Counted from the first letter of the stretch, positions 32,370 through 42,789 are shown. The stretch is 64,000 bases of DNA from Elusimicrobiota bacterium (GCA_043827405.1 JBDRPD010000108.1:32001-96000), one strand, 5' to 3'. Program-made: numbers and translations. The notes: generated by a model from the sequence alone, not told the origin.

Positions 32370-33575
32370 TTACGAGAAAACGCTTCTCAGGAGGGCGACT
32401 GATTCCAGGTGGTCGGTATGCGGGAAGAGATCGATGCCTTCGATTTTGTGGATATCGTAGATATCCGTCAGGTTGCGGATGTCCTCGATCATCGCCTTCG
32501 GATTGCAGGAAACATACACGATCCATGGCGGAGCCATTTCTTTTATCGCCGCCCGCACCTTGGGATGAATGCCTGAGCGGGGAGGGTCGATGACGATCCC
32601 GTCCACCTCGATCTTCTGCGCGGCAAGCCCCGGCAGCACATCCTCCGCCTTGGCCGCCACAAAATCAACATTCTCTACTTTGTTGACTCCCGCATTGTGG
32701 CGGGCGTCCTCAACGGCGGCCTCGATAACCTCGATACCCATGACGCGGCCGCACTGCTCGGCGATGGAAAGGCTGATGCCGCCGCCGCCGCAGTACAGAT
32801 CAAGGACATTGCCGGGCTTGAGCGGCTCGATCCATTCGCGCAGCAGGCGGTAGAGAAATTCGGCGCCGTGCGTATTCGTCTGGAAAAATGAGTACGGCGA
32901 GATACGGAAGGTTTTACCCAGCGCCTGTTCATGGATATGCCCGGGGCCGAACAGCAGCTCGACAGCCGAAGATGAAGCCACGTCGCCCTTGCCGGTATTA
33001 ACCCCATGCAGTATAGTGGCCGCCGGATAGGCGCCGCGCACCGCCCGCACGAAGCTCTCCGCCGGCAGCGCCCCCTCGCCCGTCAGCAGGTTCACCATGC
33101 GCTCGCCCGTATTCCTGCCCTCACGGACGACAAGATGGCGCAGGAAGCCGACCTGCTTGTGGATATTGTAGGGCTCCAAACCCTCTTTGCTCGCCCAGGC
33201 ATGGACCGCGTCGAGCAGCGGGATCACCTCCGGCGAAAGCAGGAAGCACTCCCGCAGGTTCATGACTTTATCCCACCGGTTGCGGCGCTTGAGCCCCAGC
33301 AGGATGGGGTCCTCGCCCTCGGCGGGCGCGGGAAATACATCCTGAAAAGCGAACTCCATCTTGTTGCGGTAGTACCAGTGCTCGGGAGAGGGGTGCACGA
33401 GCACCTTGACCTGCCAGCCGACTCGGGCCGCGAGCATGCTCAGGTATTCGCTCTTCTGCTCAACCTGATCTGCGTAGGCATACTCCTGCAGACGGCAGCC
33501 GCCGCATTCGCCGAAATGGCGACAGCGCGGCTCGGCGGTTGCTTTCTCAGCTGGAGAATTTAAAGTTGCAGACAT
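32370..33575 (-). CDS. rlmD: 23S rRNA (uracil-5)-methyltransferase RlmD-like, no TRAM domain
   Basis: CRHFGECGGC Fe-S motif, YRNKMEF, SFFQTN, DLYCG, DPPRSG, YVSCNP, DLFPHT. Confidence 0.9.
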   Translation of the reverse strand: MSATLNSPAEKATAEPRCRHFGECGGCRLQEYAYADQVEQKSEYLSMLAARVGWQVKVLVHPSPEHWYYRNKMEFAFQDVFPAPAEGEDPILLGLKRRNRWDKVMNLRECFLLSPEVIPLLDAVHAWASKEGLEPYNIHKQVGFLRHLVVREGRNTGERMVNLLTGEGALPAESFVRAVRGAYPAATILHGVNTGKGDVASSSAVELLFGPGHIHEQALGKTFRISPYSFFQTNTHGAEFLYRLLREWIEPLKPGNVLDLYCGGGGISLSIAEQCGRVMGIEVIEAAVEDARHNAGVNKVENVDFVAAKAEDVLPGLAAQKIEVDGIVIDPPRSGIHPKVRAAIKEMAPPWIVYVSCNPKAMIEDIRNLTDIYDIHKIEGIDLFPHTDHLESVALLRSVFS

Positions 33576-34617
33576 CACCGTCACGGACAATATAATCTTT
33601 GCCTTCAGAGCGGATCAAGCCTTTTGCGCGCAGCGCGGCTTCCGCTCCGTGCTTATCGAGGTCGCTAAAGGCGTAGACGTCGGCGCGAATAAAGCCTTTT
33701 TCGAAATCGGTATGGATAACCCCGGCCGCCTGCGGGCTGCGCATGCCCGCACGGATCGTCCACGCCCGCACCTCATCCGACAGGTGAGTGAAGTAGCTTT
33801 CCAATCCCAGCAGCCGGTAGGCGCTCTCGATCACGCGCTCGAGGCCCATCCTCTCAAGGCCGAGCTCGGACAGAAAAGCGCCGCGATCCTCCGGCGGAAG
33901 CTCCGCGATTTCCGCTTCGATCTTGCCGCACAGCGTCAGGCTGGCCGCCTCGCGCTCCACCGCCAAAGCCGCAAGCTCGCCGACGGCGTCCGCCTCCGGC
34001 GTCTCACCGGTATTGCCGACGAAGAGTACCGGCTTGGCCGTCAGCAGGAACAAATCCTTGATCTCGCCGAGAGGGATATCGAGCGCGCGGGCCGGGCGTC
34101 CCGCGTTGAGACCGGACCGCAGCGTTTCCAGCAGCGCGAGCTCCGCTTTCGCGGCCTTGTCGCCCGAGCGCGCCTTGCCCTCGGCTTTTTCGCACCGCCG
34201 CTCCACCCCGGCCAAATCGGCCAGGATCAGCTCGGTTTCGACGATCTCCACATCACGCCGCGGATCGACATCCCCCAGCGTGTGCACGACGTCTTCGTCT
34301 TTAAACAAGCGCACGAGATGCAGCACCGCGTCGACCTCGCGGATATTGGCGAGAAACTGATTGCCGAGCCCCTCCCCTTTGGACGCGCCCTTGACCAGAC
34401 CCGCGATATCGACGAAACGCACCGTCGCCGGCGTCGTCTTCTTGGGCTGAAAGATCTCGGACAGGCGCTGGAGCCGCGCGTCCGGCACGGACACCACTCC
34501 GATATTGGGCTCGATGGTGGTGAAAGGATAATTGGAACTGGGAGCGTTGGCGGCGGTCAGGGCGTTAAAGAGCGTGGACTTTCCGACGTTCGGCAGGCCG
34601 ACGATTCCGATCTCCAT
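33547..34617 (-). CDS. ychF: Redox-regulated ATPase YchF
   Basis: GIVGLPNVGKST, NYPFTTIEPN, DIAGLVKGAS, IHTDFEKGFIRA, EGKDYIVRDGD. Confidence 0.96.
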   Translation of the reverse strand: MEIGIVGLPNVGKSTLFNALTAANAPSSNYPFTTIEPNIGVVSVPDARLQRLSEIFQPKKTTPATVRFVDIAGLVKGASKGEGLGNQFLANIREVDAVLHLVRLFKDEDVVHTLGDVDPRRDVEIVETELILADLAGVERRCEKAEGKARSGDKAAKAELALLETLRSGLNAGRPARALDIPLGEIKDLFLLTAKPVLFVGNTGETPEADAVGELAALAVEREAASLTLCGKIEAEIAELPPEDRGAFLSELGLERMGLERVIESAYRLLGLESYFTHLSDEVRAWTIRAGMRSPQAAGVIHTDFEKGFIRADVYAFSDLDKHGAEAALRAKGLIRSEGKDYIVRDGDVCNFKFSS

Positions 34618-34643
34618 CGGGTGGGATGATACCAAAAACGCGG

Positions 34644-36620
34644 CTACTTGCTCTTGGCGAGTTCCTGCATGCTGAGACGCGCGTCGCAGACGTCGATATA
34701 TGCCGCCGTCGCCGCCTCGCCCGAGCGCACCAGCGCCGACAGCGAATCGGCGGCCGAATTTACATGGGAATAAGCCTGGTTCGAGTTGCCGACGGCATCC
34801 GTCATGCTCGACTGCATCTTTTGCAGATCGCGGGTCTGCGGGTAGCCGAGGTTGTCGGCCTTGGCCTTCTTATCCAGTTCGCGGATATCCTCGCGCCCCG
34901 TCTTGACGCCCTTCTGGATCGGACCCAGATCACCGCTCAAGCTGCCCACCATTAACGACTGGGGGATGAGGTCCAGCACCCGCTTCATCTCCCGGCCTAC
35001 CGTTTCGCCGAAGCTCTGAAACGCTTCCGCCTCAGCGCTGGGCATGCCGCGCGAGATCGGCGGGAACTCTTTGGGGATGAGGCTGCGGGTGATATCCGCG
35101 TACTGGCGGACATGCTGGGCATAGTCCATCGCGTTGCGCAGCTTCTTGTGTGAAGCCAGGGCGCCCGCCCGGGGATCGATGGGCTCGCGGCGTTCGACCG
35201 TCTTGCTCCAGCGGCCGTCGTGCTCCGCCCAACCCTGGTTTTTCAGGTTCTTTTGCTGGTAGTACGAGAGATACTCCTTTTCGTTGCCGCGATCGTTGTA
35301 GTAGAGCGTATCCCAATGCGAAACGTAGCGGCGGCAGCCGCCCGGAACCTTGGCGATCTCGCCGATGCTCGACGCCATATCCGCACTCGCGACGGCGATG
35401 CGCGGGCGCTGCTCGTTCTTGATGGCGTCTTCGATATCCTGCGCCGCGGCATAGGCTTCCGGGTAGGCCCGGTAGCGGCTCTTGGCGGAAACGACGGCCT
35501 GCTCCAGGGACGCGAGAACGGCGTCGGCCTCCTGCAGCCTGGAGCGGAGCGCCGGAATCTTCTGTATCTCGAAATCGGTTATTTTCGAGACGACATTCTC
35601 GAAATAGGAGTCCGCGACATTGAGGAAATCCCCCGCCTGCCCCGTCATCGCGCTCGCGCTCTTATCCTTGACCGGCGTCTCCTTCGGCTTGGCGGTCGCC
35701 GCGCCGGCGCCGCCCTTGCCGAAGCCTCCCCCTCCTCCTCCGCCGCCCATGGTCGCACCGCCGCCACCGCCGCCGCCGCCCATGCTGGCCGCCCCCTTGC
35801 CGGGGCCGTTACCGCCGCCGGAACGCGGCAATGCCGCCTGGGGAATCTCCAGATTGGGAGGAGCCGCATTGCCGGCCGCCGCGGCCGGTGCCGCCGCGGC
35901 GGTCGATCCGGCTCCCGCCGCAGCCGCCTGCAGCGCCGCCCGCGCCGAGGCCATATGCCCGGCCATCGGAGCTCCGCCCGACGCGGCCTGCCCGCGAACA
36001 AAAGACCGGCCGCCGGCTTTAGCCGCGGCCGTATGGCCCGCGGCGGAAGCCGTCTTGATGGTCTTGGCCTGCTCCTCGCTTAACGGCCCATCATGGGCGC
36101 TTTCGGCGTCCTGGGCGATCGCCGCCGCCCCGGCGGCGACATAGTCATTATTGGCCAACGGATTAATCATCTCGAACGACCCCTTGTCCGGCCGTGCCGC
36201 CCGCTCCTTCACCTGCGCCATGCTGTCGGCCTCAACGTCGCCGATACGCGCCGTCTGCTGCGCCGCCATCTGCGCCATCCGCACCGCGTCCAGGGTTCCC
36301 CCGCGCGCGGAAGCGTCGCGCGCCGCCTCTTCCGCCTCCATGGAATCCGCGGTAATCACCGAAGCCGGCAGCTTCGCGTTGGTCAGCTTCTTGACGATCA
36401 GGTGGCCGCCGGCGGACACGTCATTGGCTTCGGCGGAGTCCGACTTGTTCTGCAGCGCCGAGTCCATAATCTTCGCGATCTCCTCCGATGTCTGCCGCGG
36501 CTCAGACTTCTCGCCGCCAAACAGAATGGTTAAAGACCAAACAGTCACGCCGAGGAAAGCCGCCCCCCCCGCCGCGAGGCCCATAAGCTTCGGGTCGTTA
36601 ATGATGCGCTCAAACTTCAT
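34644..36620 (-). CDS. Membrane-anchored Gly/Ala-rich hypothetical protein with helical C-terminal domain (658 aa)
   Basis: N-terminal TM, poly-Gly linker, long amphipathic helices; 12 nt downstream of the 847-aa gene. Confidence 0.7.
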   Translation of the reverse strand: MKFERIINDPKLMGLAAGGAAFLGVTVWSLTILFGGEKSEPRQTSEEIAKIMDSALQNKSDSAEANDVSAGGHLIVKKLTNAKLPASVITADSMEAEEAARDASARGGTLDAVRMAQMAAQQTARIGDVEADSMAQVKERAARPDKGSFEMINPLANNDYVAAGAAAIAQDAESAHDGPLSEEQAKTIKTASAAGHTAAAKAGGRSFVRGQAASGGAPMAGHMASARAALQAAAAGAGSTAAAAPAAAAGNAAPPNLEIPQAALPRSGGGNGPGKGAASMGGGGGGGGATMGGGGGGGGFGKGGAGAATAKPKETPVKDKSASAMTGQAGDFLNVADSYFENVVSKITDFEIQKIPALRSRLQEADAVLASLEQAVVSAKSRYRAYPEAYAAAQDIEDAIKNEQRPRIAVASADMASSIGEIAKVPGGCRRYVSHWDTLYYNDRGNEKEYLSYYQQKNLKNQGWAEHDGRWSKTVERREPIDPRAGALASHKKLRNAMDYAQHVRQYADITRSLIPKEFPPISRGMPSAEAEAFQSFGETVGREMKRVLDLIPQSLMVGSLSGDLGPIQKGVKTGREDIRELDKKAKADNLGYPQTRDLQKMQSSMTDAVGNSNQAYSHVNSAADSLSALVRSGEAATAAYIDVCDARLSMQELAKSK

Positions 36621-36632
36621 CTTCTTTGTCTA

Positions 36633-39176
36633 TCAACACCAGAACTGCCACCAACTGCACTGCGTCGGCGGCTTCGGCGGCGTCGGACAGGTGTAAGCCG
36701 GCGACGAGCCGTAGCCCTGATACTGCGGCGAGCCGTAGCTGCAGCTCGGCACCCGCTGCTTGGCCTTCCAACGCTCCTTGCAGTCGTACTCCCAGAACCA
36801 GCAATTGTCCGACTTGGGCGGGGGCGGGCAGGTATACGCCGGCTTCGCGCCGTAGCCCTCATACTTCGCCGCGCCGAACTGGCACTTGGGGACGGACTGC
36901 TTCGCCTTCCAGCGCTCCTTGCAGTCAAACTCCAGCCAGCCGCAGTTGTCCGACTTGGGACAGGCATAGGCCGGGCTCGCGCCGTAGCCCTGATACTCCG
37001 CCTCATATTTACCGCAATTCGGGATCGACTGCTTGGCCTTCCAGCGCTCCTTGCAGGCGAAGTCGAAAACGCCGCAGTTGTCCGACTTGGGACAGATATA
37101 GGCCGGGCTCTTGCCGTAGCCCTGATACTCCGCCGTGTACTTGCCGCAATTGGGCACCGGCTGCTTCTGTTTCCACTTCTCCTTGCAGCCGAAGTCCAGG
37201 AAGCCGCAGTCTTCGGACTTGGGCGGCTCCGGGCACTTCCATGCCGGGCTGGAGCCGTAGCCCTGATAGATGAAGTCTCCGTAGGCGCAGCTCATCTTCG
37301 GCTTGAGCTGGCTGGCCTTCCACCGGTCCTGGCAGTCCCACTCCATGATGCCGCAGTTCTCCGATTTGAGACTGGGCTGGGTGGATGTTCCGCCGCCCGG
37401 TATCTGCGGCGTCCAGCCTTCCAGGCCGCCGCCCTTCGCGGCCTGCGTCTCGCCCGTATCCGGATTGGCGGGACACTTATAGCCGACATTGGCCACGAAC
37501 TCGGCCGCGCCGTAAAGGCAGCTTTGCGGCGCCTTGTCCCATATCCGCTTGGCCAATATCTTCTGGTTGTTGAGGCATTCTATTTCGACCGGCGCGCAGT
37601 TCTGGTACTTGAAGTCGTACTTATTGACCGTCTTGAACTCGCTCTGATCGATCGCCTTCTCGACCAGCGGCTTGATCCCGCCCAGGCGGACGCAGTTGAT
37701 ATGCGGGAAGTTTTTGTTGCGCGCGTCGCCCATCTGGATCGCCGGGCCGTCTTCGCAGGCGTCGGCGGTGAAGTTCACATACGGCTTGAGCGGATCACCC
37801 GTCCAGGTCCAGAAGCTGGTCCCCATTCCCAGCAGACAGACCCGGTCGCCGAAGTAGGGCTGATCGGTGCGCATGTCCTGAAAACCCGCCGGACAGCGAT
37901 CGGCGCACAGCGGACCGTGGGTGTCGGTGTAGAGGACCCGGCAGGCCTGGCCGCTCGACCATCGATGCTGCAGGCTGACCAAGCGCACATCCGTCTTGAG
38001 CGGCTCTCCGATCGGCGCCGGAATAACGTTGTTGGCGTATGTCGTTCGCTCCTTCACGGCACTCTGCTCCGGCTGCTGCTCCTGGTTTTTTTCGGGCGGC
38101 GGCTCTCCCTCGTCGGCGGCGGCGTAGGGGTTGGTCGGCGCCTCGGCGACCGCGCCGTCGTTGCCGCCGCCGCCTCCACCGCCTCCGGCAGGCGCGCCGC
38201 CGCCCGCGGCCGGCGGCGCGTCCTTCTCCTTTTTCTCTTCGCGCATGCCCGACCAGGTTTTCTCGCCCCGCGTCTCCTGCACGGCCTCGCGGGCATTGCT
38301 GAACGCCCCCTGCACGCCCTTCAGGCCCGGAGCGGTATCCTGTATCTTCTCGTACGCTGTACCCTGCGCCTGCACGCCGGCCGCCGCGCCGCCCGGCGAC
38401 TGCGTTTTGGATTCGGTCTTGCGCCTGCTCTCGCCCGCGGGCGCCGCGGAGCCCGGACGATTCTGCAGCGCATCGTTCTTCTTTTTGCCGTCCCTGTTGC
38501 CGAAGGACTCAAACTTGGCGAAGCCGCCCTGGCCGCCGCCCTGGGACAGACCCGAGAAAGACCGGATCAGCTTGGCGAGCTTATTATCGAGCTTCAGCTT
38601 CGCGCTTTCCTCCAAGGCCTTTCTTTCCGCCTCCTTCTGCGCCAGGATGTCCTCACGCGAGGTCCGGCTTCCACGGTCATCGGCGCTGGGCGCGTCTTTA
38701 TCCTCATCCGCCTCGCTGAGAACGTCGGCGGAAGTATCCTCCTTCGACGACTTCTCCAGGCTTTCCATTTGCGCCAGCGTCACGCCCTCATAATCCCGCT
38801 TGTTCCAGCCCATCCCCTTAGTTTCGCCTTTGACGCCGGCCTTGGACATGTCGAAAGGCATGTCCTCCTCATTCGACATGGTCAGCCGGGTGGAATCCAT
38901 GGCCGTGGCGCCCCCCTGGCGCCGCGGGTCCTTCAGCTTGGCGACATAGGTCCGCATCGGCGGGGTATCGCCGCCGGAAGAGTTCCCGCGCCCCATGCGG
39001 TCGGTGAAATTGACGCCGTCATGCTCGACCGGCATTACACCGCTATCGGTCCCCGTGAGCATCGCCGCGGCGGCTAAAACGACTACTCCGCCGGCCACCG
39101 CCGCCCCGATTCTAAACTGTTTTTGCTCCAGCAGTTTGCCGAATTTTCTTTGCGCCTGCTTCATTTTTGATTCCAT
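36633..39176 (-). CDS. Membrane-anchored protein with C-terminal Cys-rich tandem repeats (847 aa)
   Basis: N-terminal TM; MRTYVAKL and DMPFDMSKA motifs; five roughly 44-aa four-Cys repeats. Confidence 0.8.
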   Translation of the reverse strand: MESKMKQAQRKFGKLLEQKQFRIGAAVAGGVVVLAAAAMLTGTDSGVMPVEHDGVNFTDRMGRGNSSGGDTPPMRTYVAKLKDPRRQGGATAMDSTRLTMSNEEDMPFDMSKAGVKGETKGMGWNKRDYEGVTLAQMESLEKSSKEDTSADVLSEADEDKDAPSADDRGSRTSREDILAQKEAERKALEESAKLKLDNKLAKLIRSFSGLSQGGGQGGFAKFESFGNRDGKKKNDALQNRPGSAAPAGESRRKTESKTQSPGGAAAGVQAQGTAYEKIQDTAPGLKGVQGAFSNAREAVQETRGEKTWSGMREEKKEKDAPPAAGGGAPAGGGGGGGGNDGAVAEAPTNPYAAADEGEPPPEKNQEQQPEQSAVKERTTYANNVIPAPIGEPLKTDVRLVSLQHRWSSGQACRVLYTDTHGPLCADRCPAGFQDMRTDQPYFGDRVCLLGMGTSFWTWTGDPLKPYVNFTADACEDGPAIQMGDARNKNFPHINCVRLGGIKPLVEKAIDQSEFKTVNKYDFKYQNCAPVEIECLNNQKILAKRIWDKAPQSCLYGAAEFVANVGYKCPANPDTGETQAAKGGGLEGWTPQIPGGGTSTQPSLKSENCGIMEWDCQDRWKASQLKPKMSCAYGDFIYQGYGSSPAWKCPEPPKSEDCGFLDFGCKEKWKQKQPVPNCGKYTAEYQGYGKSPAYICPKSDNCGVFDFACKERWKAKQSIPNCGKYEAEYQGYGASPAYACPKSDNCGWLEFDCKERWKAKQSVPKCQFGAAKYEGYGAKPAYTCPPPPKSDNCWFWEYDCKERWKAKQRVPSCSYGSPQYQGYGSSPAYTCPTPPKPPTQCSWWQFWC
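36660..37367 (-). repeat. Five in-frame tandem repeats of about 132-150 bp (KSDNC..CKERWKAKQ..C..YQGYG.SPAY.CP)
   Basis: Repeat anchors at 36808, 36949, 37081 and 37213 (spacings 141, 132, 132). Confidence 0.9.
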
Positions 39177-39254
39177 AACGGAATCTCCTGGCCAAGTTCA
39201 GATAGAAAGATAGCGCACGGACGATCCGCCGCCCGTACGTGCGGGTATACGGTT

Positions 39255-39306
39255 AGGATAGCCCCAGCAGCGCGCAAGTTCCAGACACCTTTACCAAATA
39301 TTTACC
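39255..39306 (-). promoter_or_regulatory. Putative promoter: GGTAAA-N5-GGTAAA direct repeat plus GGCTATCCT -10
   Basis: Plus strand AGGATAGCC at 39255, TTTACC at 39290 and 39301; same layout at 47662-47712. Confidence 0.65.
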
Positions 39307-39400
39307 TTTGCGCCGGCCCGGCCGCATAGGCCTTTGTGCCTATATGGTCCCAGGTCCATAGACCCTGCAAACCGTGCCCCATTAGGCTTACCTTATTGGT

Positions 39401-40540
39401 ATGAAGAGACTGCGGACCATCGGCCGGGCCCTCGGGATCGCGCTGCTGACGGCGTCGCTGGCGCAGGCCGAGGCCGGCCTCGTCTCCCAGTACGGCGGCC
39501 TGGCGGAGTCGGCGGGCCGGCAGGGCGCCAAAATCCGCGAGCAGCAGCAGCAGTTCGCCCTTCAGCGCGAGCTGGCCGCCGCCCGCCGCCGCTCGGTCTT
39601 CCGCATCCTCTCCTGGAACGTGCAGACCTTCGGCGATATCAAGCCCGAGCGCGAGGCCGCCTACGAGATGCTCGGGCAGATGTTCTCCAGCCAGCGGTCA
39701 TCCAAGATTCTGGCCGTCCAGGAAGTCGCCAACGACAAGGGCTCGGACAAATTCTCGGAGCTCCTGCCCGGCGGCGAGGACCGCTGGAACACCAACTTCC
39801 AGAACACCAACGATTCCCAGGACAACGGCTTCTACGTGCAGAAGTCCGTGCAGGTCGACTGCGAGGAGTTCCTCTTCGCCCGCGCGGATGAAAACGGCGA
39901 CCACCGGAGCCGGGACGACCGGGCCAAGCATCCCGCCCGCGCGGCGCATATGCGCGTCGGCGACTTCGACTTCACCTTGATCACCCTGCACCTGACCTTC
40001 AAGGGCGGCAAGACCGACGCCAGCGCCGAGGAGCTCAAGCACATCCTCCGCTGGCTCGAGGACTATTTCGACAACCCCGAAAACGACCCGGACGTGATCC
40101 TGGCCGGCGACTTCAATATGACCACCCGGGCCGGCGCCACCAGCGGCTCCAAAGCGGCGCTCGAGGACATCATCGAGCAGTTCCCGACGTTCCGGCGGGC
40201 TTACGACGCTGAGGGCAAGCGGGTACGCAAGCCGACCGAGCTGATCGCTCTGGTCGACGCCCCGACCTCGCGCTACAAGGGCGAGGCGAGAAACAACTAC
40301 GACCACTTCATCGTTTCGGGCGACGTGTTCGACGAGGAGTTCGTCAGCGGCTCGGCCGGGCCGATCCCCGCCTCCTTCATCGAGGCCGCCGAGAAGAAGC
40401 ACGACGTCTATGTCTCGGACCATATGCCGATCTCGGCCGGCTTTCTCTCCACGGGCGCCGGCAACGACGGCGAGGCCATCCGGTCCGATCAACCCGGCCC
40501 CACCAGCTCCCGCTCCTGCTGGAAGCGCGGCCGCAAATAA
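39401..40540 (+). CDS. Secreted endonuclease/exonuclease/phosphatase (DNase I-like)
   Basis: Signal peptide; SWNVQ, AVQEV, TLHL, AGDFN, YDHF, SDHMP. Confidence 0.88.
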   Translation: MKRLRTIGRALGIALLTASLAQAEAGLVSQYGGLAESAGRQGAKIREQQQQFALQRELAAARRRSVFRILSWNVQTFGDIKPEREAAYEMLGQMFSSQRSSKILAVQEVANDKGSDKFSELLPGGEDRWNTNFQNTNDSQDNGFYVQKSVQVDCEEFLFARADENGDHRSRDDRAKHPARAAHMRVGDFDFTLITLHLTFKGGKTDASAEELKHILRWLEDYFDNPENDPDVILAGDFNMTTRAGATSGSKAALEDIIEQFPTFRRAYDAEGKRVRKPTELIALVDAPTSRYKGEARNNYDHFIVSGDVFDEEFVSGSAGPIPASFIEAAEKKHDVYVSDHMPISAGFLSTGAGNDGEAIRSDQPGPTSSRSCWKRGRK

Positions 40541-40592
40541 AGCGCACCCTCCCGCCTAGCGCGAAATTTGGTAAGTTTTTTGCGGAAGAACC

Positions 40593-41846
40593 ATGGCCGA
40601 CTACAAGGAAATCGACGCTTGCCGCATCTGCGGCAGCAGCCGCCTCATCCCCATCCTGGAGCTGGGATGCCAAGCGCTGACCGGCGTCTTCCCGAAATCC
40701 AGAGAGGAAAAGATCACCGCCGGGCCGATCGAGCTCGTCAAGTGCGATGAGTCCGGCGGCGCGGACGCCTGCGGACTGGTGCAGCTGCGGCAGTCCTACA
40801 GCAAGGCCGAGATGTACGGAAGCAACTACGGCTACCACTCCAGCCTCAACCGCTCCATGGTGGAGCATCTCGAAGACGTGGTCCGCCGGCTCACGGCGGA
40901 CATCAAGCCCGAACGCGGCGACATCGTACTCGACATCGGCAGCAACGACGCGACCCTGCTCAAGGCCTATCCGCATGGCGCCGGTCTTGAGCTGACGGGA
41001 ATAGATCCGACGGGGGAGAAGTTCAGAAAGTACTACCCTCCGCATATCCGCCTCATCGCGGACTTTTTCACCCGGGAGTCATTCGCCGCGGCCTTTCCGG
41101 AACGCCAAGCCAAGATCGTCACCTCGATCGCCATGTTCTACGACCTCGACTCGCCGATCGACTTCATGCGGGAAGTCCGGTCCATCCTGCACCCGGAGGG
41201 CGTCTGGGTCATGGAGCAGAGCTACCTCCCCGCCATGCTCGACGCCACCGCCTACGACACGATCTGCCATGAGCACCTGGAATACTACGGCCTGCGGCAG
41301 ATTCGCTGGATGGCGGAGCGCTCGGGGCTCAAGATCCTTGACGTCGAGACCAACGACATCAACGGCGGCAGCTTCGCCGTCCGCCTCGCCCGTCAAGACT
41401 CGGCCCGGCCGGAAAATTCCCCGGCGATTGAAAAACTCCTCCGCCAGGAAGAGGCGTTGGCCGAAATGCGGCCGTACGAGGCGTTTCGCGAACGCGTGCT
41501 GCGCCAGCGCGAAAGCCTGGTGGAGTTTCTGCGCCAGGCCAAAGCCGAGGGCAAGCGCGTGCTCGGCTACGGGGCCTCGACTAAAGGCAACGTCATCCTC
41601 CAATACTGCGGCCTGACCGAAGCGGACATCCCCTGCATCGGCGAAGTCAACACCGAGAAGTTCGGCTGCTTCACGCCCGGGACCCGCATCCCGATCGTCG
41701 ATGAAAAGCAGGCGCGCGCCGACCAGCCGGACTACCTGCTCGTCCTGCCCTGGCATTTCAAAAGCTTCTTCCTCAAGAAAGAGACGGATTTCCTGCGCGC
41801 GGGCGGCAAGCTGGTATTCCCCCTGCCGCAGATCGAGATCCATTAG
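40593..41846 (+). CDS. NDP-sugar C-methyltransferase-like protein
   Basis: CRIC..C zinc site, DIGSNDA, TICHEHLEYY, GYGASTKGN, VLPWHF. Confidence 0.85.
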   Translation: MADYKEIDACRICGSSRLIPILELGCQALTGVFPKSREEKITAGPIELVKCDESGGADACGLVQLRQSYSKAEMYGSNYGYHSSLNRSMVEHLEDVVRRLTADIKPERGDIVLDIGSNDATLLKAYPHGAGLELTGIDPTGEKFRKYYPPHIRLIADFFTRESFAAAFPERQAKIVTSIAMFYDLDSPIDFMREVRSILHPEGVWVMEQSYLPAMLDATAYDTICHEHLEYYGLRQIRWMAERSGLKILDVETNDINGGSFAVRLARQDSARPENSPAIEKLLRQEEALAEMRPYEAFRERVLRQRESLVEFLRQAKAEGKRVLGYGASTKGNVILQYCGLTEADIPCIGEVNTEKFGCFTPGTRIPIVDEKQARADQPDYLLVLPWHFKSFFLKKETDFLRAGGKLVFPLPQIEIH

Positions 41847-41847
41847 C

Positions 41848-42789
41848 ATGCGCAGGGCGGTGATCGTCGGCTGCGGCGGGCAGGACGGCCGGCTGCTGTT
41901 CGATCTTCTGCGGGACAAGGGCTACGCGCTGACCGGCCTCGACGTCCGGCGCCGGCGCTGCGCGCGCTGCCGCGGCGGCGGGCCGGTCGACATCCGCAAT
42001 GCCGGACAGGTGGAGCGGCTCATCCGCCGCTTCCGACCGCATGAAGTGTACTACCTCGCCGCCCGCCACCGCTCCGCGGAAGGCCGCGACGCGGAAAGCG
42101 CGGCGCTGCTGCGCGACAGCTACGAGATCCACGTCCTCGGCCTGCTGCGCTTCCTCGATGCCATGCGGGTGTTTTCCCCCCGCACCCGGCTGTTCTACGC
42201 CTCATCCTCTTTGGTGTTCGGCACGCGGCGGGGCGGACGATTCGACGAGCGCTCGCCGCTGCGTCCCGATGAGATTTACGGCATCACCAAGGCCCAGGGG
42301 ATGGCGCTGTGCCGCTTCTACCGGCGCCGGCACCGCTTGTTCACCGCCTCCGGCATCCTCTTCAACCACGAATCGCCGCTGCGCGGCGAAAGCTTCGTCT
42401 CCCGCCGCATCGTGCGCGGCGCGGTCGAAGTAAAGAAGGGCCACCGCCGCGCCGTGGTGCTCGGCGACCTCCGCGCCCAGGCGGACTGGGGCTGGGCGCC
42501 CGACTACGTGGAAGCGATGCGGCGCATCCTCCGCGCCCCCCAGCCTGAGGACTTTATCGTGGCCACCGGGAAGAAGCATTCCGTCGGCGAGTTCGCGCGC
42601 CGGGTCTGCGCCCGTCTCGGCCTGGATCCCGAAAAACACCTGCACATCGACCAGCGGCGCCTGACGCGGCGCACGGGAGCTCGCGTCGGCGACGCCGGCC
42701 GGCTGCGGCGGCGCACCGGATGGAAGCCGACCGTGGATTTCCCGGGGATGGTCGACCGGCTGCTGGCGGCCGAGCTGAAGGCGTCATGA
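41848..42789 (+). CDS. GDP-mannose 4,6-dehydratase-like SDR
   Basis: GCGGQDG, YYLAA, YGITK, LFNHESPLRG, DWGWAPDYVEAM; catalytic Glu position is Leu. Confidence 0.8.
   Translation: MRRAVIVGCGGQDGRLLFDLLRDKGYALTGLDVRRRRCARCRGGGPVDIRNAGQVERLIRRFRPHEVYYLAARHRSAEGRDAESAALLRDSYEIHVLGLLRFLDAMRVFSPRTRLFYASSSLVFGTRRGGRFDERSPLRPDEIYGITKAQGMALCRFYRRRHRLFTASGILFNHESPLRGESFVSRRIVRGAVEVKKGHRRAVVLGDLRAQADWGWAPDYVEAMRRILRAPQPEDFIVATGKKHSVGEFARRVCARLGLDPEKHLHIDQRRLTRRTGARVGDAGRLRRRTGWKPTVDFPGMVDRLLAAELKAS

Noticed and set aside
33547..33590. ychF/rlmD overlap as a frameshift or pseudogene
   Set aside because: Both proteins have complete motif sets; a short overlap is normal translational coupling
36660..37367. 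Regularly spaced DNA repeats as a possible CRISPR array
   Set aside because: Units are 132+ bp, in frame, vary at synonymous positions and lack unique spacers; no cas genes
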